Source: a virus
Taxonomy: Duplodnaviria; Caudoviricetes
DNA length: 25,988 nucleotides
IMG/VR virus record: IMGVR_UViG_3300020239_000020
Location: 1 to 25,988 of that record
Direction: 5' to 3' (one strand)
In this document: positions 1 through 10,600 of the stretch, one piece after another
Layout of the letters: each line of letters starts with the position of its first letter
Position numbering within the stretch: the stretch's first letter is position 1
Position numbers and translations under genes: made by a program
The notes under the pieces: generated by a model
What the model was told of the DNA's origin: nothing
The model's database searches: none
What the model saw: the letters and a program-made list of their open reading frames with translations, nothing else

Positions 1-1697
1 CTTTGAGAGAAAATGTTGTTTCTTTGGCAAGAAATATTGGTTATGTACCTCGCTCCAGAAGCGCCGCTAAGGCGCGTGTCAGTCTGAAGATAGATACACG
101 AAGCAGCACTGCACCAAACGGCATTACAAGTCCTACAATGACCTTAGAGGCGGGTCTAGTGTGCGTAGGAAACGTTAGTGAGAGTCAATTTGTCTTCTCA
201 ATCCCAGAAGATGTTACTACCACAAATAATTCTGGAGTTGCACATTTTAAGGACGTTGAAATTTGTCAAGGAACTTACTTAAAAAAGCAATTTGTCGTTG
301 ATGGATCGTTAGATCAACGCTTTATTTTACAAAATCCATTTATTGACACCTCTACAATTGTTGTAAAGGTTAAAGGGGCGTCTGATTCTGGTGAAGGAAG
401 GGAGTATGAACTTGCTCAAAACATTTTAAACCTTAACAAGAGCTCTGAAATCTATCTTTTACAAGAAGTTCAAGACGAAAGGTACGAACTTCTCTTTGGT
501 GACGGATATTTTGGGAAAAAATTAGAAAATGGAACAATAATTACTGTTTCTTACATCGTTACGGACGGTATTGATGGTAATGGGGCAAAAAATTTCGCAT
601 ATTCTGGAAGAGCTACTGATAATCTAGGAAATATCATCGTTCCAACCGCTGATGTCACAATTTCAACCGTCGAAAAGGCACAAAATGGCGGTGAAATCGA
701 AAGTATTGATTCAATTAAGTATTTTGCGCCAAGAATTTACTCTTCACAATACCGTGCAGTCACTGCTCGCGACTATGAAGCAATAATTCAGTCAATTTAT
801 CCAAATACTGAGTCAGTTTCTGTTGTCGGTGGCGAAGAGTTGGATCCACCTGAGTTCGGAAATGTTATTATTAGTATCAAACCTAAAAATGGTGACTTTG
901 TTTCGGATTTTGACAAAGAGTCTATTGCCACAAAACTCAAAAATTACGCTTTATCGGGTATAAATCAAAAAATTGTTGATCTTAAGGTACTTTTTGTTGA
1001 AATTGACTCCGCAGTTTACTACAACAGTCCAAAAGTATCAAATGTCAACGATTTGAAGTCAAAAGTTCTGTCAACACTGAATACTTTTGCCACAGCAAAC
1101 ATTAACCAGTTTGGTGGACGCTTCAAGTACAGTAAATTGTGCCAAACTATTGATAGCACTGATAATGCCATTACTTCTAATATCACAAGAGTTAGAATCA
1201 GAAGAAATCTAAAAACTCTTATCAATACTTCTGCTCAGTATGAACTTTGTTACGGAAATAAGTTCCGTATGGATAAAAATGGATTTAATATTAAGAGCAC
1301 TGGGTTTGGAATATCTGGGGTAAATGGTGTTTTCTATTTTACAGACACTCCAGGAGATAATGGTAAAGGTGTCATTTCCGTCGTTAGAGAAAGAAATGAG
1401 GGTGGTGAGTTTGAAGTTGTAATTAAGTCAGCAGGAACAGTTGATTATATGAAAGGTGAAATATTACTGAACACGATCACAATCTCCTCTACAGTCAAAG
1501 AAAATAACATTATTGAGATTCAGGCAGTTCCTGATTCAAATGATGTCATCGGTTTGAAGGATCTTTATCTATCTTTCTCGGTTGCTGATAGTAAGATAAA
1601 TATGATTAAAGATACTATTACATCTGGCGAACAGATTTCTGGCGTCGGTTATAAAGTTACTTCAAGTTATCTAAACGGAGAACTTAAGAGAGGATAA
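1..1697 (+). CDS. gp6: T4-like baseplate wedge subunit gp6 (5'-truncated by the window edge)
   Basis: The ORF begins mid-protein at LRENVVSLARNIGYVPRS, a conserved gp6 motif. It also has YELLFGDG, GGEIESIDSIKYFAP and RAVTARDYE, typical of the gp6/Baseplate_J family. The TTG at 3 is an internal Leu, not the start. It lies directly upstream of gp7 and gp8. Confidence 0.93.
   Translation, partial: LRENVVSLARNIGYVPRSRSAAKARVSLKIDTRSSTAPNGITSPTMTLEAGLVCVGNVSESQFVFSIPEDVTTTNNSGVAHFKDVEICQGTYLKKQFVVDGSLDQRFILQNPFIDTSTIVVKVKGASDSGEGREYELAQNILNLNKSSEIYLLQEVQDERYELLFGDGYFGKKLENGTIITVSYIVTDGIDGNGAKNFAYSGRATDNLGNIIVPTADVTISTVEKAQNGGEIESIDSIKYFAPRIYSSQYRAVTARDYEAIIQSIYPNTESVSVVGGEELDPPEFGNVIISIKPKNGDFVSDFDKESIATKLKNYALSGINQKIVDLKVLFVEIDSAVYYNSPKVSNVNDLKSKVLSTLNTFATANINQFGGRFKYSKLCQTIDSTDNAITSNITRVRIRRNLKTLINTSAQYELCYGNKFRMDKNGFNIKSTGFGISGVNGVFYFTDTPGDNGKGVISVVRERNEGGEFEVVIKSAGTVDYMKGEILLNTITISSTVKENNIIEIQAVPDSNDVIGLKDLYLSFSVADSKINMIKDTITSGEQISGVGYKVTSSYLNGELKRG
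1595..1602 (+). promoter_or_regulatory. Putative late promoter (GATAAATA) embedded in the 3' end of gp6, upstream of gp7
   Basis: Matches NATAAATA (T4 late consensus TATAAATA). It ends 98 nt before the gp7 ATG. An identical box has the same geometry in gp8. Confidence 0.5.
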
Positions 1698-1699
1698 GA

Positions 1700-4600
1700 A
1701 TGATACAAACAGGCTTTGAAAGAAGGGTAAAAGTTCAACAAGTAATTGAAAGTCAGTTACCCGAATTTCTTAGATCCGAAAGTCCAAAATCTATTGACTT
1801 TCTGAAGCAATATTATATTTCTCAAGAACATCAGGGCGGTGCTACTGATATTGTTGAGAACTTAGACCAGTATCTCAAATTTGACAATCTTACACCAGAG
1901 GTTGTCACTGGATATACCAGTTTGACTGTTGGAATTTCTTCTACTGACGATAGAGTTGAGGTTTCTACAACCAAAGGATTTCCTGATGAGTATGGTCTGT
2001 TTAAGATTGGTGATGAAATTATAACATATACTGGAAAAACTGCAACTTCTTTTACGGGATGTATTAGAGGTTTTAGTGGTATTTCCTCATATCGATCCTC
2101 TCTTGACCCAGAAGAATTAGTATTCAGTGACACCTCTGAGCAAGTTCATGCTAAAGGTTCTACTGTACAGAACCTTAGTGCTCTGTTTCTCAAAGAATTT
2201 TACAAAAAATTAAAGTATTCTTTTGCTCCTGGTCTTGAAGATGTTGATTTTGTAGATGATTTAGATGTCAATAATTTTGTAAAAGAGATAAGAAGTTTAT
2301 ATGAGGCAAAAGGAACAGAAGATTCTTTCAAGATTTTATTCAAAGTTCTTTATGGTGTTGATCCAAAAATAATTGATTTAGAAGATTATCTGATAAAACC
2401 ATCAGGAGCTAAGTTTACAAGAAGGGAAGAAGTTGTTGTTGAAAGAGTTTCTGGTGATCCAAACAAATTAGTTGGACAAACAATCAGAAAGTCTAGTGAT
2501 AGTTCCACCAAAGCTTCTGTATCTGAAGTTGAAATTTTTACACGTTCTGGAATTAGCACATACTACAGACTTGGTTTATTTGTAGGTTTTGACGATAGAG
2601 ATCTTATTGAAGGAACTTTTAAAGTTCAACCATCCACTAAAGTTTCAAATGCTGTTAATGTTGGTGCTTCTGTAGTAACAGTTGATTCTACAGTTGGATT
2701 TGCTCAGTCTGGAAGGGTTATTTCTGGAAGAAATAGGATTGAATATACAGATAAAACTGTAAATCAATTTCTTGGATGTAGTGGTATTGGGACTGCAATC
2801 TCCCCATCAACAGAACTTAGAGTTGATGAAGTCTATATTGGTTATGAAGATGGTGACACCTCCAAGAAAGTAGAAGTTCGTATTGGTGGAGTTCTCTCCA
2901 AGTTCAAAGCAACTAATGATATTTTGCTCTCTAATGAGGGGCAAAAGATATTTGTTAAAAACATTGGAGAAAGAATTAAAAACCCTGAACTGAATAAGAC
3001 AGATAAACAAATATTTGCAAATAGCTGGATATACAATACAAGTTGTAGATTTGATGTTGAGAGTATCACTGGATCTACGGTTCAACTAAAGAGCGAGATT
3101 GATGAGTCTAGTCTTAAAGTTGGAGATACTGTAGATATTTTGAATGGATCTACAGAAACTGTTCTTCATGCAAACGCTGTAGTATCTACAATAACTAGAT
3201 CAAACAAGCAAATCACCCTTGATAATATTGCAGGATTCACTGCTAATTCTACAACAATCTATACTATCAGAAGAAAACTTGAAACTGCTACCAGTAGTGG
3301 CACTCCACTTTTCTATGGTGACAATACCGTCACCACTGATGTTCAAAATGTATATACAGATGAAACTCATGCTTATGTCGCTTCAAACTCTTTACCTTCA
3401 TATCAAATTAGTGAAACTGCTCTGAGTGCAACTCTTAGACGTGCTACTGGTAGTGCTCTCCAAGGATTTAATCCATCAACACAGAAATATAGTATAATCT
3501 CCTTTGCAACTCCAGTTCCTTTCGTAACTGGTGATGAAGTCGTCTATAAAGCATCCTCAGACACTCTTGTAGGACTCCCTGAGGGCGTTTACTTTGTTAA
3601 GGTACTAACGGCATCCAATCAAATTAAACTCTTTGCCTCAAGGTCATTAATTGAAGGAGGATCTTCTTTAGAATTTACCTCTGCTAGTGGGGTAGGAGCA
3701 CATAAATTTGTTCTTGCCACTCAAAAGAGTGAGGCAATTTATCCTCAACAATTGTTGAAAAAATTCCCAATTGCTAGAAATATTAAAGACGGAAAGGGAA
3801 CATCAACCATTCCTGGATCTACAGGAATGTTAGTTAATGGCACTGAGATTGTAAACTACAAGTCAAACGATAAGATTTACTCTGGTCCAATCAAAAATGT
3901 AAGAATTTATAACAGTGGTAAAAATTATGACGTAATCAATCCACCAACTATTGAAATTGGATCTCCTGGAGCTGCTTACACCACCGCTCTTGTAAGACCT
4001 GTAGTTCGTGGAAGTGTAACTGATGTAAAAATCGATCCACAAGATTTTGATTTGGTAGATGTTACTTCCATCACTATTGATGGTGGTAATGGATCTGGTG
4101 CAGTGCTGCAACCAATATTAGAAACAAGATATCGTGAACTTGAATTTGATGCTCGTTTGATTTCTGGTGGTGGTGGTATTGATAATAGTGATGATACTAT
4201 TACATTTAAAAAACCTCACAATCTTAGAAATGGTGATGCAATTGTCTATAGTAGAAATGGTAATAATGCAATTGGTATAGGGACTTTTGGTGGTTCAAAT
4301 GCTCATCAAGGCAAAGCATTAGCTAGTGGATCTGTATATTATGCCCAAATCGTTAACACAACGACAATTAAGTTGTATGAAACTTTAGAAAATTATTCAA
4401 GTGGAATTAGCACGGTAGGATTTACTACCACTTCTCAAGGTATTCATAAGTTTAGATTGTTTGATGGCAAGAAAACTATTAGTTCTATTAAGGTTATTAA
4501 TTCTGGAAGTGGATATGAAAATAGGCAGTTAAAAGTCAAGTCTGATAATATTTCATCTGTTTACGATTCAGTCACCTTTAAAAATCATGGATTTTCTGAT

Positions 4601-7600
4601 GGAGATAAAATTCTCTATACAACAGATAATACTGCTGTAACTGGATTAAGCACTAGTGTTCAGTATCAAGTATTAAAGATTGATGATCATTCTTTTAGAC
4701 TTGCAAATGCTGGAGTTGGTGGTACAAATACAACTGACTATACTAAGAGACATCATGTTAATATTACTGGTGTAGGAACTGGTATTCAAAACTTTGCATA
4801 TCCTCCAGTATCAATTACAGTAAATGCGGAGTTTGATGGCGTTTCTGGAGTTATCACAGCAACTCCATCTGTAAGAGGGGAAATTGTTGATCTTTACTTA
4901 TACGAGACTGGAACAGGTTATGGTTCAAATATCCTAAACTTCCATAAAAAACCAGACATCAAGATCAAAAATGGCAAAAATGCAGAGCTAAAACCATTAA
5001 TCTCTGGTGGAAAAGTTGTCTCTGTACAAATTACTAATCCTGGTAGTGAATATTCATCTGCCCCAGATCTCAAAGTTGAGGGTGAGGGTGTTGGAGCAAA
5101 ACTCAGAGCAATTGTTAGTGGCGGAAAAATTACTAATGTAGTAGTTCTTGTTGGTGGTGCAGGATATGTTCAAAATAACACCTCGGTAAACGTAACTTCT
5201 GCAGGTTCGGGGGGTGTTGTTGATGTTGAAGTTAGAGATTTAACTTGCAACGCTCACACTAGATTTGGTGATGAAATTTTAGTTGAGACTGAAGAAAAAC
5301 TTGGATATGGATTAGTAGGATATTCTACTGCTATTGGCGCTGATACTTTTGGTGATAACGGTGGGGCACATTCTCCAATTATTGGTTGGGCATATGATGG
5401 TAACCCAATATATGGTGGATATGGATATACGGATCCTTCAGATACGAACACGGCCGCTAAAATTCTAGAAAGTGGTTATGAATTGGCAACTGCAGAGGTT
5501 TCTGACAGACCTTCTGGATTTGCTGCCGGATTTTTTGTAGAAGATTATAAGTTTACAGATTCTGGTGATCTTGATGAACATAATGGAAGATATGCTAAAA
5601 CTCCAGAATATCCTAATGGAGTTTATGCTTATCACGCTACAATTACCAGCGATGGAAAAAATAGTAAGTTTCCATTCTTTATTGGCGGATCTTATTCTTC
5701 TGTCCCAGTAACTCAAAATATTGATCAGAACTTTGACTTCAATTCTTCGGATTTACGGAGAAATACTCTCCCTTATGTTGCTGGTGATAAATTTGCCACT
5801 AATGATTTTATTTCAGAACCAAATGAAGTTCTTGTTCAAAGTGCCATAATTGATTCTATTACTAGAGGATCTGTAGACGGATTTAAGATTAATAATTCCG
5901 GCACAGATTATAGAGTCCTGGAAACTGCGACTTTTGATAATTCGGATACTAGTGGTGGTGGACTTTCTGCATATGTTAGTAGAGTTACTGGTAAATCTAT
6001 TGTAGACGTAAACACTACAGTTCAAAGTTATCAAAATGCAGTTCTCGTTTGGAATAGGAGTGGTGGAGTAACTGTTAATGTAGACCCATCACATGGATAC
6101 TTTAATAACGATCAAATCGCAGTTTCTGGATTATCTACATTTATTTCCGGATTAACAAAGTCTCATAAAATTGGCGTTTCATCAGAGAGAACTCGTCTCT
6201 CTGTCCAAGTTGCAGCTAACTCTACAGTTGGTTTTGTAACAGATATATTTGTCAACAGAGTAGTCAATTCTATTTCTGTAGGTAGTACTCTAGGCATCGG
6301 TACAGAGACTTTATCCGTTTTAGGAACATATCCAGATAAGAAGGTAGTTAGAGTCTTGAGAGGGATTGTAGGTGCCGCACATACAGCAACCACTGATGTA
6401 TTTGTATCTCCAAGTAAGTTCACTCTACCTGTGAATGTTCCATATTTTGATTCTGCAGTAAACAATAAGGTATTCTTTAACAGTATTCAATCTGTAGGTA
6501 TTGGAACCACTACTGGAGCATCTTCCTCTAAGGGTTATTTTATTGGAGGTCAACACTATACAATTTCAGTGCCAACCCAGGGAGTTTATTTACCTAATCA
6601 TCCGTTTAAAACTGGTGAGCAAGTTACATTTGAAAGAGTTGCTGGATCACAAGGATTTACAGTCTCTAACACAAACACTAGTGCAACCTACAGTATTCCA
6701 CAAAGTGGTAATACTGAAACCTTGTTTGTGGTCAAAAAGACAGATGATGTTATTGGTCTCTGTACTCAAGTTGGTCTCACCACAAATACTGAAGGTTTAT
6801 ACTTTAGAAATATAACATCTAATGCTGACAGTAGAGACTACAGATACTCTTTAACCTCAAATAAAACTCAAGTTACTGCCAAAGTAGAAAAAATTAGAGC
6901 AAAAGTTGCAGTTTCTACGGCACATGGTCTTATCAACGGAGATATTGTAAATCTGAGCGTAAATTCTGAGCAATCTGTTGGGATTGGTACATCAGTTTCG
7001 GTTTATCTTAAGTATAACTCTGCAAATGATAAGTTACTTGTCAATCCTATCGGATTCACTTCTACAGCAGTAGACACCTCCAAAAACAGACTAACTCTTA
7101 CTGAGCATGGTCTTACAACTGGTGATAAGGTATTTTACGATTCTGATCTGATTATATCAGGTCTTGCTACAGGATCTTATTTTGTTTACAAAATTGATGA
7201 TAACACTATAAATCTTACAAATACAAGATTTGATGCAGTTTCTAATCCACCAACAGTAGTTAGTTTTGGATCCACTGGTGGTTCCAGTCAAGAATTATCT
7301 GCCATTAACCCAAGATTGAATGTTGTTAGAGATAATAATTTAGTATTTAATGTAAATGACTCTTCTTTAAGTGGTTACAACTTCAAACTCTACTATGATC
7401 GTGATTTCAAGAATGAATTAATTTCTATCGGTTCTTCTACAACCTTTAGTACAGTGGGTGTAGGAACTGTTGGTATTGCTAATACAGTAACCGCATCAAC
7501 AGTCACTCTTAACTTTAGCAAAGACCTTCCATCTAAAGTTTATTATCAACTGGATAAAGCGGGATATATTAGTACTGCTGATACTGAGGTCACAAATTAT

Positions 7601-10600
7601 TCTGAAATTAACTTTATTGATAGCACTTATTCTGGAACATATAGTATTGCTGGAGTTGGTGAAACTGTATTTACAGTCTCTTTGGATAGTGTTCCAGAAG
7701 ATCTTGATTATAATCAAGAATCTACTAGTGTGCTTAAGTATTCCACTCCATCACCAAGAGCTCTTGGTGGTATTGATGAAATGAAAATCACTTTTGGTGG
7801 TTCAAGCTATAAGAAACTTCCAAAGTTCGTAAGTATAGCATCTACTGCAGGTATAAACGCAGATATTATCCCAACATCTACAACTCTTGGGAGAATCAAT
7901 CAAGTCACCATTCAAGATGCTGGATTTGATTTTTCTGCAGATAAGACGCTCAATCCAGAAGTCTATATTTCACCTAATGTAACAGTTGTAGACAGAAATA
8001 CCATTTCTGGTATAACAATAACTTCTGGTGGTTCTGGATATACTTCTCCCCCAGAATTAGTTCTTGTTAATCCTGACACAGGATCTCCATATGATAATGG
8101 AAGCCTCACTGCTAAGATAGGAGGTTCGTCTATCATCGATGTTGAAGTACTTGATGTCCCTAAAGGTCTCTCTGATACAGAGTCTAAGGTTTTCTCTGTA
8201 AACAATAGTAATGGTGTTGGTGTTAACAGTGTTTTCTCTTCACCTGCAGGTGTCGTGACTTGTGTTCTTGCAACTCCAACTCTTGGATTTACTGCAGATA
8301 CAGCACCATTCGCTGTAAATGACTTTGTATATGCCGAGAACATTTCTTTAGCATCTACTACAGGTACAGGATTCAATTCTCAAGACTATTCTTATAATTT
8401 CTTCAAAGTAACCGCATATAGGAACACTAATCCTGCAGAGGTTGAGTTTGATATCTCTCCTTATGCAACTAACGCTGGTGTTGCTCAAACTGATGGTCAG
8501 AGTACTTTTGCAACTCTCGTTAATAAAAACAATTATCCAACGTTTACTGTTGTACAAACTCCTCTAGAGTTTATTGTTGGAGAATCTCTCTTCATTAAGT
8601 CCGGAAATACTTATACTGAAGTAGATTTGATTATCACTAATAATCTTAATGACGCAATTAAGGTTTATGGAACTTATGAACTCTCCGAAAATGATGTTAT
8701 TCTTGGTAAGAATTCTGGAACTTTAGCGACCATCAACAAAATTGATGAAAACACGGGTGTTTTTGAAGTTGATTATTCCCTTGAAACAGATAATGGATGG
8801 TCAAATGATACTGGTAAATTAAATGAAGATTTTCAAGTAGTAGCAGATAATGATTATTATCAGAATCTTTCATATAGTATAAAGAGTCCAATAGAATTTG
8901 AGAACTGGATAAATCCCGTTAATAGAGTAATTCACTCTTCTGGACTGAAAAACTTTGCTGATACTGGAATCACATCAGAAGGAAAAATTTCTGCAGCAAG
9001 TACATCTGCAAATAGCAGTGCTCTGATTGACATTATTAATCTAAATGCAAATGGAACCACGATGAGAGTTGATGCAATCAACTTCTTTGATTTTGGTATT
9101 GATGTTGATACTTCGAACAACAAATCAAAGTTCATCAAATTCCAAAATAAGAGACTTTCCGATTACATTGAATGTAGGACAAATAGAGTTCTAACAATTG
9201 ATAACTTCAATAATCAATTCTCTAATCAAGAGAATGCTAATACGACCCTGTATCGTGATATTGATAAGTTTATTGCTAATGATGGATACAGTAGATATTT
9301 GGTTCAAATGATCAAACCGAATAGCAAAGATCTTCAAGCAACTGAACTGATTGTTGTCAATACAAATGATGATAAGTTAATTACTGTTGAGAAAGCGTCT
9401 ATTCATAATACAAAAGATGACCTTGCTGACATCGAAGCATTTAAAGATGCTTTTGATAATGTTTCACTGAGATTGACACCAGATGATCCATTTAATGATG
9501 ATTTAGATGTCAAATTTATAAAAAATAATTTTAACAGTACTCTTGCAGGTATTGGAACACAATCTATTGGATTTGTTAATCTGATTGGAAATAATGTTTC
9601 TGTTGGTGCTGGATCTACTGGATTAGTTTTTGAAGGTTCTTCAAGTGGAACTGAGTCATTATTTGCAAATATTGAACTTCTTGACACTGTTACTAATGAT
9701 AAGACAGTTGTCGATATGTTTGTTGATCATGATGGAACTGATACTTATAGATCGGATTTCTTCTTTGATAATAGCAAATTTGGAACTTCATCCAAGTTTA
9801 TTGGAACTTTCACCAGTAATATTGCATCTGGTGTTCTTAAGTTGAATTTTGAAAATACCGAGTCTAATAATGTTCTTGTTCGCTCTAGAATTGTTGGTTT
9901 CAACACAGTCGGTGCTGGAATTGGTACACATATTTTCAAAGCAACCGGTCAACCAGATAGTTCTGTCAGAGAAGGTCGTCTTGAAACCAAATTCTCTACA
10001 TTCTCAGGAACTGGAATTTCAACAGTATTGACTTATGATAAATTCGATGTAACCACAGTTAAATCTACTGCAAAAGTTTCTTACGGTAACACCTCTGCAT
10101 TACATCAAGTATTGTTTAATCATAATGATACAAATGCCTTTACGGTACAGTATCCACACCTTTCTATCGGTAGTACGATGGGTATTGGTACATTTGGTGC
10201 AGATATCAACGGCAGTAACTTTGTATTGATATTCCATCCAGATGCTAATATTAGCGATGACATTACTGTTCAAATTTACAGTGAAATAATTCAAACTGAG
10301 AAAGATTTGAATAATGTCCCTGCAACACTGACTTATGGATCTGTGAATGAGCAACTGAAAACTGCAGAGTTTAATTCTATTAATGGAGATAGAACTAACA
10401 AAGTTGACTTTGATGTTAAGCACAACCTTGTACCAATATTTGAAAAAGAATTTAATCCTGGTATTTCTACCGTAGTCAATCTTGGAACAGGTGTATTCAC
10501 AATTGCTGACCACTTCTTCAGTGATCGTGAAAAACTAACATACACCCCAAGGTCTACTTTTATTGGTGGTGCTCATACCTCTATGGTTATGTCTGATGGA

